A stretch of DNA of 62,090 nucleotides, filler included, from Choristocarpus tenellus KU-1152 (lineage: Eukaryota > Protista > Phaeophyceae): NCBI GenBank assembly GCA_964200185.2. It is 7 parts of 7 records of this genome, joined end to end, with 100 filler letters (N's around TTAATTAATTAA, not from the genome) between each part and the next. Parts side by side here need not be neighbours in the genome. Positions count along the whole stretch, not along the records: positions 1 to 4,687 come from CAXNAD020013467.1; positions 4,788 to 11,896 come from CAXNAD020006682.1; positions 11,997 to 28,303 come from CAXNAD020000843.1; 4 more parts are not named here. One strand, written 5' to 3'. The notes beneath the pieces were generated by a model. The model had not been told where the DNA came from and did not search any database. It saw only the letters and a program-made list of their open reading frames with translations. This document shows, one piece after another, positions 1 to 12,076 of this stretch. The position numbers and the translations under genes were made by a program. The stretch's first letter is position 1, and the number at the start of each line of letters is the position of its first letter.

Positions 1-135
1 ACCTTTTCATAACGTATACAGTTTACCTACTCAGAAAAGTTTCTAGGTAGGAAAATGTCGCAAGAAACCCGTGGGAAGCCAAGCCCCAAATGGACAAAAA
101 CGGCAAAACTCGTACCCTCTAAGATACTTTCACTC
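1..135. mobile_element. MITE family A copy (truncated by window start)
   Basis: Ends in TACCCTCTAAGATACTTTCACTC, the family A TIR; the internal sequence matches the copies at 15469 and 48409. Confidence 0.85.
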
Positions 136-1144
136 AAAAAAACGTATCGACACTTTATCTCAGTCGATTTTGGGTCAAGCCCATCCTCAATTTTTGAAAT
201 CGGCTGTTAGAACTACGAAACTACATTATTATCTCTGATACAAGGACTGTTGTAGGTAGTAGGTACATTACTTGATGTAGTAGCTGTGTGTTTGTACCAC
301 GAATAGCCCCCCCCTTTGAGCTGCTAGTTCTGGCAACAAGCATCTTGACAAACAAGCAAACACCGCACAAAGCAGTTCTCATTAGTTTTGATGATAAAAC
401 ATGTTTGGTCATGCAGGGAAAGTGAACAGAGCACAGGTCTTTCCCGTGTGCTGGTGGTGATGCTTTTGTTTCTGACACAGGCATCAATGACAACAGTGTG
501 TCTTTGAGCAACATGTGATCGTGGGTATGCATTAATGGTATGTATGTACATGCATGACGTGAGCATACTGCCACATAGCCACACACACAACATATTGAGC
601 GTCTACTACAGAATTACATTACTTCTATCCAGTTATTAATCTGTGGCTATTAAAGATAGTTTCGCTTAGGGCTGCGAATTTGCCTATTGAACTCCCCTAG
701 ATGTGTTTCGTGAAAGAAAAAACACCATCAGTACTATCTCTTGTATTACTAGATCAGCCTCTCATAACAGCTCCCATCAACGAACAGGTCCTGCCTTGGG
801 TTAAGAACAAAGTGCCTGCACAAACTATTTATATAATGAAGTAATATATATATCAGACAATGCAACAATGCTACAACAATCAATTACCCAAACAACACTT
901 CAGCTCCTCCTCTTCTCAGACTTCAATACACACATTCCTCACCTAATCACTATAAATCACAGCTACATTGACTAGGTGTATGATTATTCCACTTTAGGAA
1001 CTCGTACATACATTACATGTATGCTTTATCTTGAACCTACACATACCTCACACGCCTTCAAAGACGAGAGGTTCTTGTCACGATCTTGAGGCATACAACC
1101 CCCTTGTTTGTCTGCCCTGCACCAATCAATGCAACTGTTTGACA

Positions 1145-4100
1145 TTAATGACCCCTCTCATCCCCTCCCCCAGTCTTCATGTACAAATCTAATCGTGAAC
1201 CAACACTCACTGCCTGCAATGACGGAGTCTGACCACCCCCACTGACACCGAACAGTGTGTCGACATTGTCATCCTCTCCCTGAACCCCTTCAAAGTTGCT
1301 TTTGTTGACACCATTGACACCGCGGTCACAGTAGCTGTCTGTTGAGAAGAGAGGCTTCAAAGGAAACAGGCCGCTTCCCTGTGGCCTGTTCAGTGCTGCC
1401 CTTCCACCACCTGTCTCTCCACCTGATGATGCAATTGCACCACCAGTACCAGCTGAGGCCCCACCACCAGCACTTCTTGCAGAAAGCCCTTCATGCAGCA
1501 TCAAGGTGGGATCTGGAATGAAGGAGGATGTCTGATGGGAGGAAATTCCCATGGGGGCCAAAATCTCCCGCTCTGGTACCATAGTCAGCCCACTCGTACA
1601 GTCACCCTCCAACACCCCGGCTGCCATAGTTGAAGCTGTGACAAAGGCTTGTAGATTATTGCATCGATCCTCTTCCTCCACTGCTGCAGCCGCAGCTGCC
1701 GCTGCAGCAGCAGATGCATCTGAAACTCCTGGGATGAACTCGGGGGTGTAACTGCGTGGTGACACAGACAACCCTGGTGGGAGTCGAGGTGAGGGAGCAG
1801 CATGATGCCCACCTCCAGGAGAAATGGTGTTGCCAATATTGTGTGCATTGTAAGGCAGATGCGAAAGAGTGCTGTTTCCACTCCTGCGAGTCACATTGCT
1901 TCCAATAGGACCAAGAGGAGAAGGAGGACTAAGGTCGCCACAACCATTGCGACCTGAGCAGGGTGTCATCAGGGGCGATGAGGAGGGTGTTATCGTCAAC
2001 CATCCTTGTGAGGGAACAAAGTCACATCCTGAGTATGACCCAGTGCGGCTGTGAGCTGCCTGCTGGCTAGGTTCATGGAGATGGCTAGTCCTTTCTCTCT
2101 CAACCCATCCTGTGTTGTTGCGGACAGAACAAGAGCTAGAGACAGCAGAAACTGGGGAGCTGGCAGTGATACCACCCCTAGCTATAGTTCTTGATCCGCC
2201 TGTTGCACCCTTTGTGTACAGCTGCCGATGCTGGCTCTGGCAAGGATGGTGGGGTTTGACCTTGATGGGAGGCGTGGTGGGTGCTGTTGAAAAGAATGAA
2301 GAACTGTTCTTCCTGTCACTGAGCGAGCTAGCTCGTGGGGAAATCCTGACATTCTTGTGACTCGGTGGACTCTGCACCCACCCTACAACACCTCCATGCG
2401 TCTCATTAAAAAATGAATGAGAAGGATGGGTCACCCTTCTATTTCTCAATGCAGTCCCCGCTCCTCTGGCCCCAGCCCCTGCCTCTACCCGTGGCTTGCG
2501 AGAAGACTTCTGAGGTCCCAGAACACTAGTGGGTTGCGGTATGGGTGGAAGGGCAGGAGACTTGCAGGCGCTTGACCTTGCTGATGAAGATGAGGACCAC
2601 GATCGACGCACCGGTGTTGACCAGCCAGAGGTACCTGTATTGGCAGTACCACCAGCATCCTTGAGGTCTGAGGCATCAAATTCACCATCAAGTTTAAGTG
2701 TTGCGGTATTGATTTCACCACTATGATTGCTGAAGATGTCTTGTGGAACTGGAGCAGCACGCAGCTTCGCCTGGTAGGGATGCCTGGTTCCCTCACCAGT
2801 GCTATTGCAGCTCCCATGCTCAGCTCCCTGCTTTGATGTTTGTTCTCCTGTGCCTGTCACTGAGTTGGACTGGCACATTGCAGTTTTGGCCTCAAGGCAC
2901 TTTGCGTAAGTCTTTCCTCCACCTGTCATATCAAGCAACGGCTCGTTCTCAGTGGTGCCTCCAGCACAGGCATGTCTCAACCCACTATCATTGCCGCCAA
3001 CTTGCACTCTCAATTTTCCCCCTTCCACCACCAGCTCATCCTCTTCAGGAGAAGTGCAGTGCTCGTTGCTCAGTGAATGACAGTTACGATTTGCAAATTG
3101 TGACAACTTGATGTCATTATCACCACTGACCCCTTTACCACCCCTACGAAAACCCCTCCTGATTACATTATCTTGAGCAAGATTTGGCACAGACAGGTCC
3201 TCCGAATTAGCCACATCACTGCTCCCTGATCCAGACCTTGCCATGTTACCTGAACCAGACCTTACTCTCAACCCTCCCCCTCGCCCTGACCGTGCTCTTG
3301 ATGCTGGCCCTGTCCCTCGACCACTCCCACTACAGCCAGTCTGAGCAGTGGCAGCTCGACGTTGACCACGCCGGGTTCTCTCACGGCCACGAGAGCTGCT
3401 GGCACTGTCATGTCTCGAAGTCTCTTCCTGTGCCTTGGGTGTAGCAGCAGAACTGGAGTTTGCCCTTGATCTCGCTGCTCCAGCAGGGGAGAGGGGAGGT
3501 GTGGGGGGGTGACTGCACACGGAGGAAATTATTGCCATAGTGTCAATAGCAAGAGTAACAACCAAGGTTAAGGCTGATTCGATGGCTGTTGCAAATGCAT
3601 CAGCGCAATCAGCAGCACAAAGGACAGGGGACAAGAATGAAAACGGTGAACGAGTGTGTGACCCTGCTGCTGTGCTCCTTGTGGCTGCAGTTCCACCCCC
3701 CCACCTCCACTTTGAAGCAAAGCAGCGTGCTGCCCACAGTATCAGTGGTACCATGCCAATAGCTGCAGCCAGGCAGCATACTGTCTTTAACAGCAGCCAG
3801 GCACGGTCCCATCGCTCCTCCCGTTCACGCTCAAGCTCAAGTTCACTTTGTGTACCCACCCACGTGTTCGCCCCAGAGCTACCACCACTGGACCCAGAGC
3901 CATGGGAGGAATGTTGGGTTGCTGCTGCTGCTGCCTTTCTGGAGCTCTCACAAGCAGCAACAGCTGGAGCCCCACCCCGTGTTGAGGCTGTCAGATTTAC
4001 CTTAGCAGTCCCAACAGATGATGTCACCTCAAGTGTCCTCGAGACAAAGGAGCAGTCAGTGGCCGCATAGGTCACTGTTATCTGTGTCACTTGTCCTGGC

Positions 4101-4687
4101 TCTAGCGTAAGATGCTGCCAGCCCTCCATGCAATGTTCTACAAGAAAGCCTTGACTGGAACAGTGTGAATAACCTGTACTGCTCTCCTTGCCTGTAAACC
4201 ATCCCCACATTCTATCTTCCCCTCTTCCCCATAGGAGGTCCAGAGGACTCCAGATCCATCCCCAAAAGCCACCCTTCTTACGATCCCTACCTCTGTCAGT
4301 CCCTATTTGCACATTATGAATCACCATTGGCAATGTCCCCTCGTTGGAAGCCCACCAGTTCCTAACTACAGGAGCTGCAACTGATGTGGTGTCCCCAAAG
4401 TGTCGCCCCCAGGAGCGGTGATCAATATCGAATATTGTTCCCACTCCACTCACTAATTTCTCCCCTGGCCCTGTATCAACAACAAAATCACCTGCCTTTG
4501 CCCTTCCTCTTGCCCATTCCCCTGCTCCTGCCCCTGCCACAGCCCAACCCCCTTGAGTGCTTTCAGGCAAGCCTTCATTATCCCAAGGACGCATTACTAG
4601 CAACCCAGAGCCTCCCTCCCCCTTCAGAGACACAGACTCAAGCTGTGTGAGGTTGTTGCGCAAGTAAACATGGCCGTAAAATGTACA
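1145..4687 (-). CDS. TMEM131: TMEM131-like membrane protein, large terminal exon (5' part lost at contig gap)
   Basis: 1172-aa ORF open up to the gap. YLRNNLTQLESVSLKGEG, NEGTLPMVIHNVQIG, CSSQGFLVEHC and LTLEPGQVTQITVTY..RTLEV recall the last lumenal domains of TMEM131/RW1 proteins. These are followed by a hydrophobic segment (AWLLLKTVCCLAAAIGMVPLILWAA) and a long Ser/Gly/Arg-rich low-complexity tail. Family call is from motif recognition. Confidence 0.75.
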   Translation of the reverse strand, partial: CTFYGHVYLRNNLTQLESVSLKGEGGSGLLVMRPWDNEGLPESTQGGWAVAGAGAGEWARGRAKAGDFVVDTGPGEKLVSGVGTIFDIDHRSWGRHFGDTTSVAAPVVRNWWASNEGTLPMVIHNVQIGTDRGRDRKKGGFWGWIWSPLDLLWGRGEDRMWGWFTGKESSTGYSHCSSQGFLVEHCMEGWQHLTLEPGQVTQITVTYAATDCSFVSRTLEVTSSVGTAKVNLTASTRGGAPAVAACESSRKAAAAATQHSSHGSGSSGGSSGANTWVGTQSELELEREREERWDRAWLLLKTVCCLAAAIGMVPLILWAARCFASKWRWGGGTAATRSTAAGSHTRSPFSFLSPVLCAADCADAFATAIESALTLVVTLAIDTMAIISSVCSHPPTPPLSPAGAARSRANSSSAATPKAQEETSRHDSASSSRGRERTRRGQRRAATAQTGCSGSGRGTGPASRARSGRGGGLRVRSGSGNMARSGSGSSDVANSEDLSVPNLAQDNVIRRGFRRGGKGVSGDNDIKLSQFANRNCHSLSNEHCTSPEEDELVVEGGKLRVQVGGNDSGLRHACAGGTTENEPLLDMTGGGKTYAKCLEAKTAMCQSNSVTGTGEQTSKQGAEHGSCNSTGEGTRHPYQAKLRAAPVPQDIFSNHSGEINTATLKLDGEFDASDLKDAGGTANTGTSGWSTPVRRSWSSSSSARSSACKSPALPPIPQPTSVLGPQKSSRKPRVEAGAGARGAGTALRNRRVTHPSHSFFNETHGGVVGWVQSPPSHKNVRISPRASSLSDRKNSSSFFSTAPTTPPIKVKPHHPCQSQHRQLYTKGATGGSRTIARGGITASSPVSAVSSSCSVRNNTGWVERERTSHLHEPSQQAAHSRTGSYSGCDFVPSQGWLTITPSSSPLMTPCSGRNGCGDLSPPSPLGPIGSNVTRRSGNSTLSHLPYNAHNIGNTISPGGGHHAAPSPRLPPGLSVSPRSYTPEFIPGVSDASAAAAAAAAAAVEEEDRCNNLQAFVTASTMAAGVLEGDCTSGLTMVPEREILAPMGISSHQTSSFIPDPTLMLHEGLSARSAGGGASAGTGGAIASSGGETGGGRAALNRPQGSGLFPLKPLFSTDSYCDRGVNGVNKSNFEGVQGEDDNVDTLFGVSGGGQTPSLQAVSVGSRLDLYMKTGGGDERGH

Positions 4688-4787
4688 NNNNNNNNNNNNN
4701 NNNNNNNNNNNNNNNNNNNNNNNNNNNNNNNTTAATTAATTAANNNNNNNNNNNNNNNNNNNNNNNNNNNNNNNNNNNNNNNNNNNN
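4688..4787. other. Artificial contig linker (N-run with TTAATTAATTAA); same linker at about 11897-11996, 28304-28403, 39090-39189, 47979-48077 and 58497-58596
   Basis: The identical N/TTAATTAATTAA/N spacer occurs six times and places stop codons in all six frames. Confidence 0.97.
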
Positions 4788-4848
<61 letters not shown>

Positions 4849-7800
4849 GAGGAGGGTGAAGAGACCTGGATTTGCTTCTTTTAGTGTGTTTTATGTGTTC
4901 GAGTTTGAGTGTTTACATTTGGTGTGGTGTGGTGTGGTGTGGTTGTCCGTGCTCGTTGCTGTTGTGATAAGGTTTAAAAGTGTGTTGCTTCTATAATTTG
5001 TAAGTCTTGCTGCGTACTGTTTGGTTTGGTGCTACCCAAGAAGGTCAGGCATATGTACCTACCACATGCCCGCGGCGTCTATCCGAGAGGAAACGGGCAG
5101 GCATGGGTGTGGCAATGCGTAGTCAGGGGGAGGGGGGAAGGGGGGGAGGTGAGAACAGGGGATGTCAGTCCAGCAGATGGTGAGAGGTGGAGCAGTTTTG
5201 ATAGTTGCCCGGACCATGCCGGAGTTGGACATAGGTGTGTGTAGCACACTGTTTGTGTGGGAAAGTGTGAATGTACCAAGAGAGGAGGCTTCTTACGGCT
5301 GGCTGCAGCATCCTTCAAATGCTCCCTTGTTGTTCCCTTAGGTGGTAGTAAAGTTTTGTTACCCCTCTGGTATGGATCTATCCTCGATATTGGGTGCTTT
5401 GGAGAAATGAGCAGGAAGGGTCTTGCTCTCTCCATAGACCATTGGAGGGTGGGATTGGGGCACCCATAGACATCCATGCACGTTATGTTGTGAAGGCCTT
5501 TTTGCGTGAACAGTTGTATTTGCTGCCATAGTGTATTTCTCCACACGGCTCTATGGACATGTGTTACTCAAACCATACACAGAAGTACAATTTACTACTC
5601 CAACCTACATGAGAAAGGGATCATAGCGCCCACTGTGCTCACATCATGGGTGGTTTTGAAGAACACTGTTGGCACTGTCCCTGTTAGTGTGTCCATGCAA
5701 GCATGTGTCTGTGTAGGTGCGTCTCCTTTGATCATGGTCTTATTCTGGCAGACAAGATTGTTATTTTATGAGTACTAGAGCTCTATGTAAGCAAGGTAGA
5801 TAAGGACTGTTTAGTACTGGCACAATATATCTGGCTATGTGACAAGACATTGTTAACAGTCATTTGGACACAACCAACATCGCCAGCAACCAACTTTGTA
5901 CCGTGGTGGTGTCCTGCTAATGCCCAGTTATTGGTGGAGTTGACAGAAACTGAGGATTTCCTGGCTTAGTCAGCGACTCACTAAGAAACAACCGTGCCTA
6001 GTTCACTGGTTTGCATGGTTAAGTGTCTTGAGTCGCTGTTATTAATTTTCTCCCAGGCATGATCAGAGAAACTGTTTACTGTTGTCCCTGCAAATTGAAG
6101 TATTGGCATGCACTGCATTTAGCTCATAACAAGAGTATTGTAGTTATTGAATGTTTTGACTGGAAACAGATCACCTTGACCGCCCCTTTCAATGTCGTTT
6201 CTTTGTTATTTGGTCGTTAATTGTTATTAGCGCTTATTACTTTTGATATCAAGTCAATCCAACCCCTTTCTTGAGGAGGTACGTGTTCTCTATAGGGTAT
6301 AATGAGCCAAACCAAGTGAAACATAGAGGGTTTGAGTTCCGAACTCCAGATGGAGCCAAAGATATGGGCTATTTTAGACCAATTTGGAGAAATGCTTCAG
6401 CCCCCCAGAGCAAAATGGAGCCATTCAAAACGCTGTAAGATATAGTACACGCCCATTCATCCCACCATACGGAATGAGAACTGACGTCCAAACGCATCGA
6501 TCGAGTTATATAGTAGCACCTTCAATTTGCAACCCAGCATACAATAGGGTGCTTCATCAGAATGAGGGGAGACCATTTCTGTTTTTCGGGTATACTTGCT
6601 TTCATATTTGCACGATGGTTTTGCCTATTCATGACGCGAAACCTATCTCATTGGAATGCCGATATACACATAACAGACTCATAGGATATCTATTTTTCGG
6701 TGGTTGAAACTGTTGTGGTTGTAAAATACTGAGCCTTGTAGCTGACGGCAAAAGGATTCGTCCATGCAGAAAATGGCAGTGGTCCCTTCAACCTCCTTCT
6801 TAAGGGTGTCACATTATTCAACCAGTAATCTGCGAATGAGTGCTTGCTTTTCTCCTCTTTGTAGGAGGTTGGGTCTTGATTTGAACCAGTCTCGACACCT
6901 AGCACAAGCGCTTAGGGGTGGTACCCAGACTCCTCAAAGAGAGTTCCACCCTGTAAGTTTTCTTTTCCCAGGTCATCAATTCCCTAAGACCGCATTTCCA
7001 AACGGGTGCTGTGTATAGATGAAGAGTTCCATTTCGTCGAGTGGTCAAGGAGGTTTGCAACTCTGATTGGAGTCGACCTGAACAATCCCCATTCCAACCC
7101 CAAAGGTTTGAAAGATTTCCCATTTCTCCTTCCAAGTTTTCACAATGCGGAAAAACTTGCCATAACCTATGAGCGCTGATAGGCTGACAGCTTCCACCAC
7201 CTCAGTTTGGTCCGTATGGCTGTAGATAACGAACTGGTAATACACCATAAGCAGTATGGGCGCGATGACCAACTTGAGTTTCTCCATTTGCTCTTTGGAA
7301 TCAGCTTAACTTCTTGAGCATTACTTCTAGTGGCATTTAAGTTCCGCTTCTTCGTCGGTGCAGGCATGCGGTTCTTTGCCTCATCTTTGGCTAGGCTCCC
7401 CCTCCACCTCTTCTTTTGTAACATCCGTTCCTCTGCAAACACCTCTGCGACCAGCCCTCTTCCCCTCTTGTTTCTCTTCTTCCCGTCCAGAGCAGAGCCT
7501 CTTTTTTAGTGGCATCGATAACTCGAGGTTGGTTTCGAGTCTCGAAAATCGCCGTGGACAGGTTCTGCCTCTAGTCCTCTTCCCAGTATGGTCTTACTCA
7601 ATGTCCTTGTGCACCTCTAAAATTGGAGAACCATCAGATCTTATGAAAAGGTTTTTGGTTTTGATACCGATACATGGATTAATAGTTGGATACCTATGTG
7701 ACACATCTCCAAAATGTCAGAAAGCAAAAAAATAATACATATATTTAGATATGGGAAGTGAATTGTTGCAGCGACTTGAAGCTCAAGACGTAACCTTCTA

Positions 7801-9677
7801 CCCAATCACACTTTCACAGGTACATACTATGATATTATGAATGAAACTAAACTCGGAAAAAATAGTAAAAAATGCCGAAAAGGGAGATGAAAATCTTATT
7901 ATTTCCTGTTGTGTTCTTCCTCCTTCCATGTAGTACGGAGTGTCCTGATATCATCTATAATAAATGCAATGTAAGAAGTAATGTATCCTCCTCCTCGTTC
8001 TGCTCCTCTTCCTACTCCTCTTCCTACTCCTACTCCTCCGTCCCTCCTCTTCCTATCTCTGTAATGTATCCGTACTTGGGATCAATATGAAGTATGATGG
8101 GAGTAAAAAGATTATTTGCTGGAATCGAGAGATCATGCCTCCTTTTGACCGCATTACTAAAACTCACTCACTCTCATTGCTTCCATTATCTATCTTACGT
8201 TTTGTGTGCAATGTGTTCTGTATGCATGCTACGTCGGCGTACATGTTACAACTAAGGGTGGAATTGTACAGGACCGATGATATATCAAACAAAAAGTGAA
8301 GATACTTGCATGTTATTACATGGACTACTACTACTGCATAAACCATATTACATATATATATACATTACTTTTTGTGTGAAGGAGTTTTCACGTTCAGTTC
8401 TACCATCAATTAATAATATTCATAATAGTACTAACATCAAACATTGGGAAGAATTCCAGGTTCAACATTGCTTCAATGAAGGAGAGTTCCAAATAATTGG
8501 GAAGAGTGTTTGCTCAGTCTCCTTGTCAATTGATTGAGGCTGTTTGTATCTGCCCATCCATGCAAACATTAATATTTGACATAATAGATCACTGTTATAC
8601 ATACCCCCCAGCCCTGCATTGTCAGTCCTCCTCGAGATCAAGTCTGGCTGGCTGGTCGTAGTTAGAATATGATGATCGAGCTTTTTTTGTCAAGACAATT
8701 TTCAAGTTGCACAGATCACTGGTTGGGAGGGAATAGCAAGCCCAATGGGAACATTCTGTGGCGCTACTTAGGTTGAGTGAGAGGGAGGCATGTGAAAGTG
8801 AGGCTCAGGGAAGAGACCGAGAAGAGCAAAGAATGATTAGTTCACACACATTTTAAAGGTAGGTTGGCCCTAGATGATGGAGAGATGAAACGTGCTTTAC
8901 TGGTCGATTTACAGCAAGAAACCACACTCAACTCCACTCCGACGTAGCACCTGCATCCATCCCCTGGTTGTGTTACACAAGAGTAACAAATTAAAATCAA
9001 ATTGCAAGGTTTCTCTTATAGTTGAGAACCAAGTACAGTGTGGAATAATTCTCAAAAGGGGTATTGTATATATTGGCAGGCGTTCCTGAAGTGCCATGTG
9101 CCATCATCATCACCCATGTACTTCAACAGGTATGTGCTCTGGAGCAGTCCGAGGTATACTCACTCATCGAATTCGAACACCATCAAAGCGATACTTGGCC
9201 TCCCGAGGACAATAGTGAGATGGGGCAGTTGTGCACAAGTCACACATACACGTACATACAACATTCAATTTCAGCGCAACAGTTCACGCTGTTGAATGCC
9301 GTCCAGGGTATATATATTTTAAGCACCCTGTGTATTATTCTTGATTAATGGCTGTTGTATGATGTAACACCCTATGTAGTACCCCTATGTGTTTGTACTT
9401 GCTCCACAAGAAACATGCAGTTTTTGCTTGTGCACTGTGTTTGAAGCATCTCCCAGTTGCTTGCAATACCGCCTCTCAATTAACCTCACGTAAAGAATAA
9501 TAGATCTCATACTCAGTGTATGTACAAACACATGACAACATCACAGCAACAATGTCAATTCTCACCAGGGTCATGCATGACAACAAGGAACATGTCCGGG
9601 CAACAGGAAACAAAAAAGATGACAGTCATAGTACAGAGAAACCTTCTTGGCTCAGCACAGCTCCTTTGCAAATATCA

Positions 9678-11686
9678 CTACACATCATCCCCATCACCAT
9701 CCTGTTCAACACCCTCGCCAACTTCTTCAGCCGCAGCTTCTGCTGCAGCGGCGGCTTTTGCTTCAGCCTTGAGTCGTGCCTCCTCTTCCTCCTTTCTCCT
9801 TGCCAATTCTTCCCTCTCGGCCTTAAAGGCAAGAAGATGAGAGAGGGACAGGCACACGAAAACAAGTCTCAAGTGATGTCTCCGATATTGACTACTGGCC
9901 CAATGAGTGTAAGGGTGATGAGGTATGCCTAGACCAATACGATTTGGCTTGGCAATCAAGCGCTGTTGTAGTATGTTGAGACTTTTATATAGCCCACTGA
10001 GAGGTATAGAACCAACTCATTACTAGTCTATCGTACACCATTCACAAAGTACTGACTAACTTGGCCCTTCCCACAGCAACCTGCAGAGGGTGCCAGACCT
10101 CGCTACTCTTGAACCGAGAAAAAAAGCCTCAATGTAAAAAAAAAAACAGGTAAACAAGAAGAATCCATCATCCCATATGTGGTTGGTTGCATGACACACT
10201 TGGATTGATGGAAACAAAATACCAGCTGTCTATGCACACGTGTGACACCCACACCAACTAGGTTATATTCATTTCATCTACATCAACACAATAGCACTTT
10301 GAAGTACACATCAAACAAACACCATCAGAGCAAGAATAGTGGCAACACAATAAGGAGCACAAAAACGTGTTTACCTGTCTCCGCGCAAGCTCATCAACAC
10401 GCCTCTGGGCTTCTCGCTCATGCAGCTGTGTTGCCTGGACCGTCGTCCCACCAAGCAGTGCTGTGACAAACAAAACAAAAAAAGGGAGGGAAAAAAAACA
10501 AAGAGCATAGGGGGGTAAGACGAATACTTGGGTAGATGGGGCCTAGAGTGGTTAGGGAGGGGCATGGAGTTCAGGCAATGACCATTTCCTTCCCAGAGGA
10601 AGTTAGATGGCAATAATGACTCAAATCTTGTTCCACCTCTGTGGCTTATCCGACAATATTGACCGGTAATACTCATACAGTGTTTGATTGAGTAGGAACT
10701 CCCAGCACCAATGACAAGAGCGCTTCAGTTGTGGTTTGTTGATGTACATGCATGGTAAAATTTGTAAGTTGATTTGTTTCCATGCTGTTTATGGAATTGC
10801 GTTGATATGTGGGGGTGTAGATGGAAGGGTAGTGAGTATGTGTGTGATTTTCATGTGCAGGCATCAAGACAACATTGGAAGACTAATGTGATGTATGAGA
10901 AAGAAGTCTGTTCAGACAGTGCCGCTATTTTGTCCACACACTACACTCGAATTCTTCACAACAACCTCTACGCGGCAGATCTTCTCCTCCCTCCATTCCT
11001 CTTTTTGTCCACTGCCATTTCATTGCAAACAAACCTTGGTGCACTCACTATCTCACTGCAATAGAAGCATATGATTTGAAGCACGCCCCATCCCTCCTCC
11101 ATTAACTCAATGTGATGCAATAAACCCTAATGCATATCATACTTAATATCACTTTCCCTGTAGAACTGGGTCTTCTAGCCAACACTTGACAAACAGTGCG
11201 AATGAACCCTCTCATTGTGATATTTGATTTAATCCATTGACCTAAAAAACGTTACATTTCGTCCGTGTTCCCTTACTTCCTTGATGGGTCAAAGTATCTG
11301 GGGGGGGTGGCAGCTGTCCATTTGGAGTCAATTTTTTTATGTCGCGAATTTTGGGTATTTAGTTGCATACGTCGGGTGGATAATGTAAGTGCACTTTTCC
11401 TGGTTATGGCCCAAATGGATACCCTGGTGTAGACCCTCTCGCCCCCCCCTAATACTTTGGGTCTAATCTTGACATGACTCAAGTCTACTGATCATCATTT
11501 CCTCCTTTAAACCAGTATTGTTTCCAGAAAGGGGCGAGATGTCTTACCATCCACCATGGCCACGCTATCCGCAACCGCCCCGACCCTGTCCACGACGAAA
11601 TCGAGCACCCAGGGCATGAACACTTCCGATACCTCACACTGAAGTGGGTCAAAGAAGTGGCCCTCTTCCTCCAGGTCATCGAACAC
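9678..11686 (-). CDS. RSP3: Radial spoke protein 3, 3' exons (11548-11686, 10375-10460, 9678-9821)
   Basis: Phase-consistent GT-AG splicing gives VFDDLEEEGHFFDPLQCEVSEVFMPWVLDFVVDRV..ALLGGTTVQATQLHEREAQRRVDELARRQAEREELARRKEEEEARLKAEAKAAAAAE..*. The F.DP...EV...FMPW motif is characteristic of the C-terminal half of RSP3/RSPH3. Confidence 0.8.
11286..11463. mobile_element. MITE family B copy (in RSP3 intron)
   Basis: TIRs GGGTCAAAGTATCTGGGGG / CCCCCTAATACTTTGGGTC, about 180 bp, with GTCCATTTGG boxes inside both ends. Confidence 0.85.
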
Positions 11687-11996
11687 CTTGAGGGGAGGAA
11701 GGATGTCACGTCAGGGGTAAATACTAACATCATGTAACTGCCCGGTATATCTCCTTTCAGATGTTAAATGTGATTAAAGTTGTGTATTGCATACAAGAGG
11801 TAAATGTGAAGGGTAGACAAGATGCAAGGAGACGGAGGGGGGAGGGTGGGGGGGGGGAAGGGAGGGTTAAGGAGGGTAAAGTGTTGATGAAGGTAGNNNN
11901 NNNNNNNNNNNNNNNNNNNNNNNNNNNNNNNNNNNNNNNNTTAATTAATTAANNNNNNNNNNNNNNNNNNNNNNNNNNNNNNNNNNNNNNNNNNNN

Positions 11997-12021
11997 CCCC
12001 CCCCCCCAGATACTTTGACCC
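11997..12021. mobile_element. MITE family B terminus at contig start
   Basis: polyC-AGATACTTTGACCC is the family B TIR. Confidence 0.7.
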
Positions 12022-12076
12022 GTTACCCTTACATACTATCTCCATTTCTTCCCTCTCTACTCTGTCAGCCGCATAG

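Noticed and set aside
1551-4650. Many short ORFs overlapping the TMEM131-like exon
   Set aside because: They are shadow ORFs of a GC-rich coding exon with no independent signals.
4732-4743. TTAATTAATTAA palindrome repeated six times
   Set aside because: It always sits inside N-runs, so it is an assembly linker. No operon-like or clustering inference can be made across these gaps.
4788-4846. Long polyG run (possible G-quadruplex)
   Set aside because: It lies at a contig end, so its length is unreliable and it may be a sequencing or assembly artefact. The same applies to the polyG near 62016.
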